In this document: piece after piece, positions 12,161 to 25,619 of the stretch | How the letters are laid out: the number at the start of each line of letters is the position of its first letter | How positions within the stretch are numbered: the stretch's first letter is position 1 | Source of the DNA: Octopus vulgaris | Taxonomy: Eukaryota | DNA: 64,000 nt | Assembly: GCA_951406725.2 (NCBI GenBank) | Contig: OX597841.1 | Span: 20,708,001-20,772,000, forward strand | Reading direction: 5' to 3' | Translations under genes and position numbers: made by a program | The notes under the pieces: generated by a model | Database searches by the model: none | Told to the model about the DNA's origin: nothing | The model's input: the letters and a program-made list of their open reading frames with translations, nothing else

Positions 12161-12330
12161 AAATTTAGAGTAAAACAAAAGATGAAGAAATGTGTATGAA
12201 CAACAAGGAAGTGTATTAGTTTAACGCTCAGGAAAATGAAAAATTATTTTATGTTTCGAGCCTATGCTCTTCATCAGAAAGGAATAAGAGAAAATAAACA
12301 GAGAGAAAATGACAAAAACTTGGAGAATTT
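11850..12330. mobile_element. Two related PLE-derived short elements, tail-to-tail around (TA)n, each with a minimal hammerhead
   Basis: + copy CTGTTGAAGAGCGTAGGCTCGAAACGTTAAAGA...TTTCCTGAGCG..ACTAATAC; - copy CTGATGAAGAGCATAGGCTCGAAACATAAAA...TTTCCTGAGCG..ACTAATAC. Confidence 0.7.
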
Positions 12331-12636
12331 AGCAGTTCAACATGGCGAATGCTTAGAAAAAAATGTTGCTTTTTGTGTGTGTGCGTGTGTGTATACAATT
12401 CAACATATATATATTCTTTTGTTCTTTTACCTGTTTCAGTCATTTGTCTGCAGCCATGCTGGAGCACCACCTTTAGTCGAACAAATCGACCCCGGGACTT
12501 ATTCTTTGAAAGCTTAGTACCTATCAATCTCTTTTGCCGAACCGCTTAGTTATGGAAACATAAACACACCAACATGAGTTGTCAAGTGATAGTGGGAGGA
12601 CAAACATAGACACACAAGCATATACATGCCTACTTA

Positions 12637-12700
<64 letters not shown>

Positions 12701-13267
12701 AACACACACACATACACACACACAAATATTGAGGATGTAATTTCTTCATAAGATATTTTTTAAAAATATCTGGATATTAACTGGTGTTATCAAACATATT
12801 GGAATAATGTTGCGCAAAAGATATGGATAAACTGTCCAATACTGTGTAAATTAATAAAAGAAAATGGAGAAGAAATATAGTGTATACTTAGTTAATTTTA
12901 TTTGTATCATGATGGAAAAAAAGTAATGCATATAAGATTTGAGATTTAAATAAACAGAATCAACAAAAGAAATAAGCATAAAAGAATCCTATACATGGTT
13001 CAATCCAGCCATTAGGTTCAGATCATCACCATTCAAGTGATGTTGGATGTTATGAGCGGATATCAGCAGGGAGGATGAAATAACTAAGATGAGGACTGTA
13101 TTTTCAAATAACATAAATAGTAATTTATGAGGATGCTGAAGCCATGTGGGAAGATGTTTGTCTAATGAAATCTTGCTAAAATACTTTAAGGTATTTGAAA
13201 AATAGACTTATAAGTGTTAAGGGACATAAAGTAGGTGTTTAATTGGAATCTGGGCTGTTAAGAGTAT

Positions 13268-13680
13268 TACTCTTTACTCTCTTTGCTCTTTTACTTATTT
13301 CAGTCATTTGGCTGCAGCCATACTGCAGTACTGCCTTTAGTCGAGCAAATCGACCCCGGGACTTATTCTTTGTAAGCCCAGTACTTATTCTATCAGTCTC
13401 TTTTGCCGCACCTCTAAGTTACAGGAACGTAAACACACCAGCATTGGTTGTCAAGCGATGTTGGGGGGACAAACACAGAAACACAAACACACACACATAT
13501 ATATGTACATATACACGATGGGCTTCTTTCAGTTTCCGTCTACCAAATCCACTCACAAGGCTTTGGTCGGCCTGAAGCTATAGTAGAAGACACTTGCCCA
13601 AGGTGCCACACAGTGGCACTGAATCTGGAACTATGTGGTTGGTAAGTAAGCTACTTACCACTTGGCCATTCCTGGGCCTA
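13268..13680 (-). mobile_element. Abundant tRNA-headed SINE (representative copy)
   Basis: Head TGGCCAAGTGGTAAGTAGCTTAC...GATTCAGTGCC. Further copies or fragments at ~11580-11750, 12420-12620, 27860-28215, 32130-32340, 38480-38830, 49020-49385, 60938-61063 plus 62528-62570, 62940-63130. Confidence 0.85.
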
Positions 13681-15044
13681 TTGAAGACAAAAATAATTCT
13701 ATATTAAAGAGTAAAATAACTATTAATTATTTAGCATTTCAATGTACTCACATATACATTCTGTTATTCAGAGAAAAGTATGTTTACATACTTTGGAGAG
13801 GAATTTAAATATTTATGTGGAAAACATTAAGGGTGTAGTGGAAAAGGTGTAGCAAAAGATGTTGAGGTAGCAGATGAAATAGGCAAAGTAAAACAATAGA
13901 AAAACATCAGGTTGTAATTTAAATAATTTATTTAAACAACACTTGCATCTACATGTTGTATACACCAAATATTTCACCGCATCACCATTAGCAACTGCTT
14001 TGAGTTGGCGAAGAAATTAACAGGGTAAATACTGTATTGATATAATAGGGTAGAACCAAACATGTTTTGTGTCTGTGTGTGCGTTGGTCATTCAGTGGTA
14101 TCTGTTTATGTTCTGCGACTGTTGTTCATGTTGACTACCTCAGTCTGTGTTACCTGTTTAACTGGCACTCTCTGTCCCTTGACGGATTGCTGTATTTATA
14201 ATGGGCATGACAGCTAGAAGGACAGACATACCACAGGAGAAATTTCTACCTATGTTGGTCGCCTCCTGTCCACTTGAACCTTAAATGACACAGCTAAGGT
14301 CGAAGAGAAACAATCTATCATTTCTTAACAGGACAATGAAATTTCTCCTGCACCTGTTTGGTGGGTCAGGCAAGTAAGAATCCCTAGATTCGGTTTCAAA
14401 TCTCAGCTTGGAAAAAGGAAGTATTAGTTTTTACACTACCCCACTTCCAGTAAGAAAGCCATAGAGATCGATTGATACAGATACATGCGATATTGAAAAT
14501 GTGTGATTTTGTGTGTAATGCAGCAAAATGTAATTTACAGACAAATGAATAGATGTCAAAAACATGGCAGGTGAAAGAAATGAGAAATAAAAATATAAAG
14601 CAAAGAATTAACATTCAGAGTTGGTGTGTGCCATATACGTTAGGCAATGTGTATATGCCTAGGCAGAAGCATAAATGTGATATGCTGATGCGTTGAAAGA
14701 GATATGCAACTCTATTAATGTGCAACCACTAGAAGTCTAATAGAGGTAAGTTGTCTTTCAGTGGCACAGAGAGCAAGTGATTGCACACACGAAAATATGA
14801 GTGTTGCAAGTGTGTGTAAGCATCCAGGTATGATGTAGAGAGCAAAACATGTACATGCAAAAAAAATGTAATTTTACAGAAAAATGAAAAATGTTTGTGG
14901 AAAAGTTCGTCAGTTGATGTAGAAAAATGTTTTTTTTTTATAGAAATGTTCTTTGTTTTCTTTTGGTTTGTATGCAGGTGATGCAGAGTCATTCGCGTTA
15001 TGTATGTGTAAGAAAAATGTGTTGATGTGGGCATTGTGGACATT

Positions 15045-17975
15045 TCAATTGAGAAGATGGGTAGATGAAGGGTTTGAACTCACTCGAAAGACTTGAACAG
15101 ACCTTGCAGGCCATTGAACTGTTCTTCCTAATTTGGTGTGCTGAGGTTGTGCAGAATCTGAGGTGTTTGCGATGGGGGACGGTGAAGTTGCTGAGTCCAT
15201 TTGAGGAACGGGGAAAAATAAATCCTCTTTGACGAATGCTTTTTTTAAGCGATCAACAGAGACAGTATTTTGTTTTCCTCCTATATCGAGAAGGAAATAC
15301 TTTGGTTCTTTTTGAATTACTTTGTAGGGCCCGGAATATGGTAGCTGAAGTCGAGACGGTATCCCATCATTTCTAACGAAAACATGCATTCAAGTATTGA
15401 TGTCCTTTGTGACATATGAAGTGACGTTCTGTTGTCTAGGGCCTGCAGGGGACAAATGTGACATAGATGTCCATAAGTGGTGCACATGTTTTGCTGGGTC
15501 AGGAAAGTCTTGTGGTGAAACAGGTTTGATCATCTGCCCAGGTAAGGTGAGTGCTGTGTCATAAACTAGTTCAGCCAGAGTATGTCCAACTCCCTCCTTA
15601 ACTGTGGATCAAATAACAAGGAGGATGAGCGGGAGATTTCCAACCTGTTGGAGCAGTCTGGATATGCTTTTATAGCCGCCTTGAGTTGGTGGTGAAAGCA
15701 TTCGACCATGCCATTTGCTGCAGGGTGGTAAGCTGTTGTGTGGGTGTGTTTACACCCGAGGAGATGAGTCAGCTCGGTGAAAAGGTGGGAATCGAACTGA
15801 CATCCTCTGTTGGTGGTGATAGCTGTGGGTGTGCCAAAGCGCGAAACCCAGTGGGATATCAGCTTACTGAAGTATCTGATAAGGGCCAAACTTCGGGTCA
15901 CCATGAAAAACGATTGATACAGTTGAGCAGATGTGTACAGTTTTGTGAAGGTGGCAGGGGTCCCATGATGTGGATGTGTATGTACTGAAATTGTGCACCT
16001 GGTTTGGAAAAGGAGCCAATCGGTGATTTTATGAGTTGGTAAATTTTTGCTTTTTGGAATGCAACACAGCACTTGGTCCTTTCTTTGTTATCTTTGTTGA
16101 TACTGGTCCACACAAAACAGATCAATGTCAGCTTTTGAGTGGAACAAATACCAGGATGTGACAGAGAATGCAGGCCAGAAAAAAAACTTCACGACGATGC
16201 TTCTCCGGTAAATAAGGGTGTTGGTGACCAATGGAGATATCACACCAAATATGGGCCATAGATGATGGTACCAGAACTTGCTGAAATTTAAGAGATGACA
16301 AATTTCAAAGCTTTAGAAGTTCATCATTCTTCTGATCAGCTGCTATATGTGGAAAATCAATTGCAGCAGTGGTGTGGATTGCATTGATCTGCATGTGTGA
16401 TAGTGCATCGGCTACTGAGTTGGTCAACCCTTTAATGTGGCATATATCTGTCATGTACTGTGATATGGAATTGAGGTGGCAGAGTTCTCTCAATGAGTAA
16501 CAATCAGGCTTGGTATTAAATGCATACACCAGTGGTTTGTGGTTGGTGTATATGGCAAAATTGCGACCTTCTAGCATGTATCGGAAAAGCTTAACAGCCA
16601 GGTATGCCACTAATTCTCTACTGAAAGTTCTGTATTTCATTTCAGCTGGTGTTAACTGCCTGAAAAAGAAAGACATATACTGTTGCCATATACTGTCAAC
16701 GAGCTGCTGTAGCACACCCCCAACTCCGGAATCAGATGCATCCACTAGTACACACGGTGGGGCATCTGGTTTGGGATACACCAGCCTGGCGGCATTGGAT
16801 AACACTCTTTTCAAGGCAGTGAAAGAGGCAAGTTCTTCTTCACTCAGGGCAACGTTTGTATTTCTGCATGTTCTATGCCGCAGCAAATCCGTGAGCAGTT
16901 GGGCTGGGTAAAAATTTCACATAGAAATTTACCAAGCCAAGAAACTCCCGCAATTTGCAGAGAGATGTGGGTGGTAGAAAATCCATGATGGCTTTGAGAT
17001 TCTCAGGAAGTGGGCGAATGCCATCCTTATTGACAATGTGCCCGAGAAAATGAAGGGATGCAACTCCAAATGAACATATTTGCGCAAACATTCGAATAGC
17101 AACAGCAGGTGTTGATCATGCTTTTCGTCTGAGTTACTGGCTATGAGTATGTTATCTATGTATGCAGACAAAAAGCAAACCTCTGGTAATTGTGTCTATA
17201 AACTGTAGGAATATATGTGCTGCATTGCGTAAACCGAAAGCCATACGCAGGAATTCAAACATTCCGAAGGGTTTCGTGACTTCTGTCTTCGGAATATCCA
17301 CAGGTTCCACAGAAATTTGTTTGTAAGCTTGCAAGCTCCACGCAGTGAGCTAGAAAAGTCTTGGAGATGAGGGATAGGATATGCATCAGATATAATGTAG
17401 TTATTTAACAATCGCTAATCACTGCATACTCGCAAATCAGCTGATGACTTTTTAGGAACACAGTGTATTGGCGAGGACCAGTTGCTGCTGGAAGGGTAGA
17501 TGATTCCAAGGTCAAGTATGTACTGGAATTCTTGCTTGATGGCCTTGAGATGATCTGGTGGTAACCTTCAGGTTCATGCAGTAACATGTGGACTGCTGGT
17601 CTTGGTGTGGTGCGGGACTTCATGTTTGATAGGCTGACTATGGAATACTGGTTGAGCAATGTCCAAGTATTCTTTAAGGACAGTACTGTGATGGGTTGTG
17701 ATTGTTTTCAAAATTGTTGGACTGACTGTGGTCATATGAGGAGTTATACCGTGTACAGTGAGCTGAGTGGTGCTGTCAACAAGTCTTCTGTTCTTGATGT
17801 CTACCAAGAAGCTGAAAGGATGAAGGAAATTGGCTCCTAAGACAGGGGTTGGCAGTTTAGCGATGACAAATACCCACTGGAAGATGCAGCATAGTCCTAA
17901 GTTCAGTGTTAGGGACTGTTCATTGTAGGTTAGAATCGGTAAGGGGTTGACTGCCTGAGGACCGACAGGTGTCTC
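15045..17975 (-). mobile_element. Ty3/Gypsy LTR retrotransposon pol remnant (PR-RT-RNaseH-IN)
   Basis: Frameshifted pieces: LVDIKNRRLVD, DAYPIPHL, PFGMFEFLRMAFGLRNA, YIDNILIAS (YxDD), LVDASDSGVGGVL..RELVAY..TNHKPL, WVSRFGTP..TTAYHPAANGMVE, LPYSGPYKVI. LTRs not confidently defined. Confidence 0.95.
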
Positions 17976-18358
17976 TTATCTTTAGCCTGAAGTGCTGTTT
18001 TTGTATATTCTTGTTGTTTCCTATATTTTGTTTCTTTTCCAGTACTCCTGTATTTTCATATTTCTGTGTTTTTTTTAATATATTTTTGTTTCACTATTCC
18101 ATCTATCTGTTTTTCTACTTTTTATCTCTTTATTTTTCTGTTTATCTGTTTTTCTTTTTCTATACTTGGTTATCTTTTTGCTCATTTTATTGTTCTGTTT
18201 TTGTATCTGTTTTCTTAGACAACAACTATTCCTCACTTTAAATATGCAGTTAACTCCTGATTCCATATGTGCCTGTTACTACTGACAATAGTGTGTTGTT
18301 ATTTGAGATGTTAAATTCCAAATATGTTAAACTGGGGTTCCATTAAACCAAAGATTTG

Positions 18359-18424
<66 letters not shown>

Positions 18425-18683
18425 GTAGGGTGTGAGGCTAATGAATATGAGTTTATGTGTTTTATTCTTGGATTGGGTGAAGCTCTGATTTCTTAAGCAA
18501 GGCACTTCATTTCATGCTGCTGTAGTTCACTAAACTGAAAGTGAGTACCAGTGGTAGTGGTTACTTAGAGAGTCTTTGTACTCTCACCCACTTAAATACT
18601 ACAAAAACAGAATAATTCCAGCCTAAATACTGACTTACACTACCTCTATCTTCATTTCTGTTTTTGTTTTCTCTCTTTCACAG

Positions 18684-18992
18684 AATGACTTCAACTCTAT
18701 CGAGTCCCAAATCCACAAAGTGGAACAGGATATTCACAAGAATCATGGAACCATCCGAGAAATCAAAAAGATACTGCGACACATTGCCAATGGTGACAAG
18801 TCTAGTATTACAAAGCTGAAACACTTGTTTGAGAATGAGGACTTGGATGACTCCAACAAAGACAGTGACTCAATTGATGACCTCTGGGACTCAGACTACA
18901 AGGGCTTGCAACCGCAAAAACCATTGCCAGAGGTAGTCATCCCAGATGGTGTTTGTCCAGCATTCAGAACAGAGTCAAAAACACAGCGTAAG
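18684..18992 (+). CDS. MAN2A1: Golgi alpha-mannosidase II (GH38), internal exon encoding the lumenal stem
   Basis: Polypyrimidine tract + CAG acceptor (18681-18683); 309-nt open frame NDFNSIESQIHKVEQDIHKNHGTIREIKKILRHIANG...VCPAFRTESKTQRK; donor AAG|GTGAGA; phase 0/0, joins in frame to the 28455 exon. Coiled-coil stem resembles MAN2A family; assigned mainly by phase and position. Symbol denotes MAN2A1/MAN2A2 co-ortholog. Confidence 0.8.
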
Positions 18993-20239
18993 GTGAGAAA
19001 CTTTGCAGGTTTTCTCTTTGGTTTATCATTCTTGGCTGTTACTGAGATGTTGTTGCTGAGCTACTAGTTAATTCTGATTGAGCAGACCTCCTCCCAATCT
19101 TTTCTGGTGGAATGGCGAGGTCAGCATCAGAATTGACAGTATAAAGTTGCAGTTGGGTAGTGAGTTGGTACCGTCTTTGGAATGGTGTTTGTTCTGGTTA
19201 TTTATGTTGTGTGTTTGTGATGAGACTGACACCACCCTATATTGACTCTTGTTTATGGAAGAGCAGCAGTCGCCCATGCATACCGACATCCCCTCTCCAC
19301 ATGCCAACAATGTTATCCAAGGGAAAGGCAAAGGGGCCGATACAGCTTGGCACCAGTGACTTTGCAACTCATTTCTACAGCTGAGTCATACTGGAGCAAA
19401 GTGAAATGAATTGTTTTGTTCAAGAACACAAACACATAGCTTGGATATATATATATCATTATTTAATGTCCACTTTTCGACTCTTGCAACAATTGGATAA
19501 TATATATCCTCATCATCCTCATTTTTAATACCTATTTTTCTATCCTTGTATGGGTTAAGCAGAGTTCATTGAGGCAGATTTTCTGTAGCTGGATACCCTT
19601 CCTGTCACCAACCTTCTGCTTTCAAGCAAACTAGTATTTTCCATGATTGGACATGTTTTCATGGAAGGCTGAAAGCAAATGACACTGCTTGCATGATGGT
19701 GATGCTTGTTTACAAACTGTCAAGCAAGGAGACCACTTTCAAGCACATGTGTATACACATACATACATGATGGCTGTCAACTTGTTGCAGATGCAACAAG
19801 TTCTGTGAGTTGCTTATTCATATGACTGTAACAAACAGTCATATGCATTCTTTTGACTTCTATATTCTTCCAGATCACTCTTGTGATTTTTCTCTGAGCA
19901 AATTACACACATTTTCTAGCAGACAGTGCTTGTGAGCTTGGCCCTGGTGAGAAAGACATTGCAGTTTGTAACAAGTCTTTCTGTGTGGCTTCTCTGGTGG
20001 CTCATCAGGCTTGCATGAGATATAAATATGTAGCCATCCTGCCCACTCCCCCCCCCAGCCCAAGCCTTTATATCTCCTCACCTATTCTCACCATCCCACA
20101 AAAGCATGTCCCAATACATCTCCACCATCATCTTTCTCATTATCACTCTCTTTATCGTAATTTCCAACTCGCTTTCCTTTATTTTCCAACTGAGATATCC
20201 ATATCTCTACTGTACATAACACACCTATCTCTGTCCCCT

Positions 20240-21345
20240 GTTTTCTTCAAACCAATTGTCAAACCAATTGACATGCGGAGTAAAAAGAACAAACTAGAGT
20301 TTGTAAGCCTTCTTTGGGATGACTTATGAAATGTGCGGAAAACTTTCCTCTTGAACCTAAATCTAGTCAAACTAAACAAATTTCCTGTTGATCCATACCT
20401 CACATAAACTCCTTCAGTGGAATTTACTAAAAGCTGAAGAAAGCATTGCACCAAAATAAATGGCAAAGAGAGCAGGGGCATCGACTAGTGAGGACAAAAC
20501 AAAATTTTTTCATTAAACCAAAGAATCTGAACTGCCAAAAAACTTAACATTGCTTACTTTAAATTTATAGCCATCCTTCAACAATTTCAGAATGCTATTA
20601 GCAATATCTCACTTGACCAAGACAATCTATGGGAATTTTTAAAATCTCAGATCTACAATTCAGATTCTTCTACAATAGGGTTTAAATCAAAGAAATTAGA
20701 AGATTGGCTCACAGGCTACAACAATGAAATCACTCCCTTAATGAAAAGTAAACAAGAATTACTTCCAACATATTCTCAATCAATCAGGTAACCCAAATGA
20801 GCCTGAAAGATACAAACGCTTGAAGGCATTGAAAGCACAAGCTGCTTTTAATAGGAAGGACACAAAACAATTTTTCTCCTTAATCAAAGAAGTCTTTGGT
20901 CCCACATCAACTGCAATAGCCCCAGTTTGTTGTGTTGATGGGAGATGTCTCTTAACTGACAGAAACATCAGGTTGAGCAATATTCAAAATTCTTATGAAT
21001 AGGGCTTCCAATGTAGATATGGATATTATTCAAAACATAGAAAAATCTAATAGTTATCCATGAAATGGCCAATGAATCGATTTTAGAAGATGTTTTCTAG
21101 ACCAATAAGAAAATTAAACAACAATAAAGCTGCTTGTGTGGATGGTATTAGAAGTGAGATTTTGAAGTCTGGCAGCAAAAAACTTTATAATTGCTGGAGG
21201 ACTGAAAGTGTCACTCAGTACATGATGGACACAATACTAATTTCCCTTTTTAAATCAGTATTGAAAGAGGATTGTGGTTATTTTCATGGCATCTCCCTCT
21301 TATCAGTCATTGGTAAAGTTCTGGCCAGGATTCTTTTTGAGTGAT
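20240..21345 (+). mobile_element. Old RTE LINE fragment
   Basis: AAFNRKDTKQFFSLIKEVFGP, LNNNKAACVDGIRSEILK, EDCGYFHGISLLSVIGKVLARI. Confidence 0.8.
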
Positions 21346-21356
21346 TGAATACTCAT

Positions 21357-22015
21357 TGTCATCATTTAACATCCGCTTTCAGTTACATGACACCAGCATC
21401 GGCCATGACTATGGTCTCACTTGCCTTGACCGGTCTTTTCAAGCATGGTATATTTCCAAAAGTCTCGGTCACCTGTCACTGCCTCCATCAAACTCAACAT
21501 TTGAATGGTGTTTTTTTTATGTGCCAGTCACACAGCACTGGCACATGACTACGATTTCACTTGGCTTCACGGGTCTTCTCAAGCACACCATCTTGCCCAA
21601 CTTTCAAAAGGTGCTTTTAAATGAGCCAGTTAAGCGACACTGGCATCAGCCATGACTACAATCTCACTTGGTTTGACGGATCTTCTTCAGTACAGCATAT
21701 CGCCAAAGGTCTCAGTCACTTGTTGTTGCCTCTATGAGGCCCAGCATTTCAAGATCATGCCTCTCCACTTCATCCCACGTCTTCCTGGGTCCATCTCTTC
21801 CACAGGTCCCTTTCACTATTAGAGTGTGGCACTTCTTCACACAACTGGACTCATCCTTACACATCACATCTGATGCTTCTTATGCCCAACTTTTCTCTCA
21901 AGACACTTACACTCTGTCATACACATGCACACTGACATTGCACATCCAACAAAGCATACTAGCTTCATTTCTTACAAGCCCATGCACATCCTTGGCACTC
22001 ACAGCCCATGCTTCA
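21357..22015 (-). mobile_element. RTE LINE 3' end
   Basis: ARNEASMLCWMCNVSVH at the RT C-terminus and an (ATG)n-type tail; same family as 47020-48048. Confidence 0.75.
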
Positions 22016-22282
22016 CATATCCTTGATAATAGTGCTGATCTAGTTTCAAAGAGAGAAACAAAGTTCAAATTGTTGTGATTTAGCACCTGTGCTATAAGTG
22101 CTGTCCTCTCTGCTCTAGTTTTACCCTTATCATCTCCTAGATTGGCTGTTATCACAAAACTAAAGAGCCCAATCTGCTCTAATAAGGAAAGGTGACCTTT
22201 ATACACGCACATATAAAAATATAAAAAGATATAAAATTAAAAGTAATATATATGTATATATAAATGTATATATATATGTATG

Positions 22283-22313
<31 letters not shown>

Positions 22314-22453
22314 GTATATATATATATGTGTATATATATATATATATGTATATGTATATATATGTATATGTATCCAACCCATGCTAGCATGGAAAGCGGA
22401 CGTTAAACGATGATAATGATGATGATATATATGTATATATATATATGTGTATA

Positions 22454-22508
<55 letters not shown>

Positions 22509-22678
22509 GTGTATATATATATATATATTCGGTAAAAGCAATTAAGATTCAAGTGAGTTCTGTTGAATTCACATGAATGCGGTACTTAACTAAGATGTAC
22601 CAGAAATATATATGGTGTTAACCATAAGATAAGCGGTGTGATTATAAATAAGAAAAAAGCAACAAGAATGGATCAATA

Positions 22679-22767
22679 TTTCGGTACAATTGTTTCGTAC
22701 GAAGACATCTTTATTAAGGTTGCAAATATTGCAGTAAATATAAGTGACCCGTACTCATCAGCCGAAA
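22679..22767 (-). ncRNA. Type I hammerhead ribozyme motif (canonical core, long stem II)
   Basis: Minus strand UUUCGG-CUGAUGA-GUACG...(UGCAA UAU UUGCA)...CGUAC-GAAA-CAAUUG-UA-CCGAAA. Confidence 0.9.
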
Positions 22768-23958
22768 AAACATCTGAGTTCTCCAAACATCTAAGGGTGT
22801 GATGTTATACTCCTGAAACATCGGGTATGATTGATTGATTCTAGTTTCATAGTTCTATAAAAATAATATTTTGGTAACAAATGGACGTCTAAAAGTTCTT
22901 TTAGTGTTGCACAGTCATATAACGGGTTTTAAAAAAGTATTTCAAAAAACCTCTTAGTTTTCCAGAAAATGAAATTGAAATTGAAAATGTAAATCCATCC
23001 ATATTGAAGAAAGTTTGCATTCTGGAGATATGAGGAGAGGTATCATACTCACAGAATATTTTTTATATGTATATATATATATATAATCAAAATAAGCAAC
23101 AAGGATATCCACAGGTAATGCAGTACGATCACTTCATGCAACTCCATGTAATTGAACAATGCAATCATTACATCAATTTAAAATGTAGAGCAATCTTCAG
23201 CAGCACAAAGACATAGAATTTAATTAAATTAGAACAGATGGATACAATAGTTGAATTATACCTAAAATAGCAGATATGGGTGTGAGCTTTGCTCTATGGA
23301 AACATATGAAATTTTTAAGCATAAAGATAATAGCAACCTGATTAATAATTGATTAGACCTTAGGGTATCATGTGTACATAGTACCACCCGTACCTTCAAA
23401 TATTTTAGAAAGTAGCACTTTATTGACCTTGGGTTTTAAAACCTATAATGTACCTCTTAGTTGAAAATCAGTGCATAAATAGCATACCCTACAACATTAA
23501 TTTTTCTTTTAGTCAATCCTGGGTATCAGTGATTAAAGACACAAGCTAATTAAGGAAATAAGCAATTTTTAATTTTAAATACTTGAATTATTACATATTT
23601 TCTATAAATCTTCTCTATTGAAGTTACTAAATTGTATATGTACTTCATCATGATTTTAGTGATTAAGCTATTTTATATCCTTTTCTATGGTGTTTCTACC
23701 CTACCCGATAATTTTAATACTTTATAACTACCTTTAGAAAAACCTAAATTTTTGTACCCCTATACTTCCATACTTACTTTATATAAAAAAACAGTATGTA
23801 TATCTTCACAACTTAAAATTAAACTACTAAAATTAAACTGCCTGAATTATAATTTAACTAATTTGTAGTAAATTCGTTCTCTCACCTCAATGATAAATGT
23901 TTATAATTACCTGATAACCCTAAATTTTAACTTTATACAATAAAGACATATTGTTTAA

Positions 23959-25038
23959 CCCTTTCGTTACCAAACCGCCCGAAAAAAATTTTGGTTAATG
24001 TGACCAAGCTGCCCAAAACCGCCCGAAAAAAATTTTGGTTAATGTGACCAAGCCGCCCAAAACCGCCCGAATTTACCTATTCATATTTAAATGAGAATAT
24101 CAGAGCAAATCTCTTTAGTACATTCGTGAAAACACGTATTATACTTCGTAAAGAGTTCAACTACAGTTTTGTACAAAAATCGAAGTGTAATTTTAATTCC
24201 GTGAATTTTGGGAGATTTTTTTCCGAAATTTGTTCCTATTGTGTTTTCAAAATTTGTAATTCTGACAAAAAATGGATACGAATTTCATTATATCAAGCAG
24301 CGAGTCAGAATTCGAAGCATTTTCTACTGAAGACCTTCATAAATCTAACTCTATGACTGAAAAAAAAAAGCATGTGGTATTTGATAATGAATCTGATGTT
24401 TCATTTTCCGAAAGTGAAAACAGTAAATCCGAGAGTTCCGACAGCGATAAAGAAAATGAATTAGCACCTGAATGGAGTGAAAATTTAAAAACTGTTTCTT
24501 TCGGTGATTTTTCTGAAGAAACTGGACCAAGCCACAGACTTTCCCAGAAGAGTAAAGCCTTAGACTATTTCTTTTTACTTTTTCGAATGAGCCTATTTGA
24601 AATCATTATGGCAAAAACGAACCGTTACGCTAAATGTAAACAAAACGATAGTGGTTTCCCATAACCTTAAATGAAATTAAGACTATTTTGCCATAAATAT
24701 TATTATGGGTATCAGAAAGTTACCCAGAATAACAAATTCTATCGTAAAATTTTGTATACCCAATTGAATATTAGCTAATAACCCATTTTCTATAGCGATG
24801 TTTGAACAAAATTTTAATAATTTTATATTTTGTTGAATTTACCTGTATCAACCTGCAATTAGAGTCACTTTGTGACAAAAATTATAGTATAGAATTGGTT
24901 GAGAACATTTCATTAAATTATCTTCCAAAATTCACGTTAATATATTGATAAATAAAAAAGTTATTAATTTCTAACGTAATCATAAATTTAGTCTGGTTTC
25001 ATTAAATGAATTTGGTCAGAAATATAGTAACGAAAGGG
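23959..25038 (+). mobile_element. piggyBac element, internally deleted
   Basis: TTAA TSDs (23955-58, 25039-42); perfect 12-bp TIR CCCTTTCGTTAC; subterminal ~44-bp tandem repeat; ORF 24272..24664 acidic N-terminus + ALDYFFLLF..LFEIIMAKTNRYA typical of PGBD transposases. Confidence 0.95.
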
Positions 25039-25337
25039 TTAAAATAGTTTTAGTAACTAGGTTTTTTATCCCTTTCTTAAAGTGTTCCGTCCTCTTAATT
25101 TTGGTATTTATATTGGCTTTATACAAACTGCCCTTCTAATTAAGTACCCCTAAGAAACTGTAATATCATTTAGGGATTAACATAAATAACTTTTGAAATC
25201 TATATTATACCTCTTAATTTGATATTAGTATATGATTAGCATGTCCTTTTAACAACAAATATTCTTTCAACCAATACCGGGTTTTAGTCCTGATTATAGT
25301 AAGCTAAATAAGTTAACAATTTTTAGCTCATAAATTA

Positions 25338-25619
25338 CTAGCAGTATCGCCCGGCGTTGCTCGGGTTTGTAAGGGAAATAACTATATAAGCATTTTTAGA
25401 GAGTTACTTCCCTTATATAAACTGAGCAAAAATGCAGAAAAATGATGATAAATTTTTTTTTAAATCGTAGACTCACGCTAATACCCAGAAGGGCTCAATA
25501 TGAATCACGACTATAAGATACCTGCTTTTGGTTAAATTGTACCGCAAAATGTGGGAGTAGTTAGGAATCTAAATCGGAGTAGACAGACACACACACAACT
25601 TCAATTTTATATATAAAGA
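25338..25619 (-). mobile_element. Non-autonomous Helitron (~280 bp)
   Basis: Minus strand 5' TC...CCCGAGCAACGCCGGG hairpin + 3' CTAG, inserted between A and T with no TSD. Confidence 0.9.

Noticed and set aside
13900-15044. 3' LTR of the Gypsy element
   Set aside because: No second LTR to compare and no clear PPT or TG...CA boundary identified.
18993-19067. Hydrophobic C-terminal extension of ORF 18720..19067
   Set aside because: Read-through past a good GTGAGA donor into T-rich intron; no evidence for an intron-retained isoform.
19970-20015. Hammerhead at minus-strand CTGATGAGCC
   Set aside because: No stem II closing onto GAAA and no NUH plus stem I match.
24272-24664. Domesticated PGBD gene
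   Set aside because: ORF is truncated before the DDD core and lies between intact TIRs and TTAA TSDs, so it is a deleted transposon.
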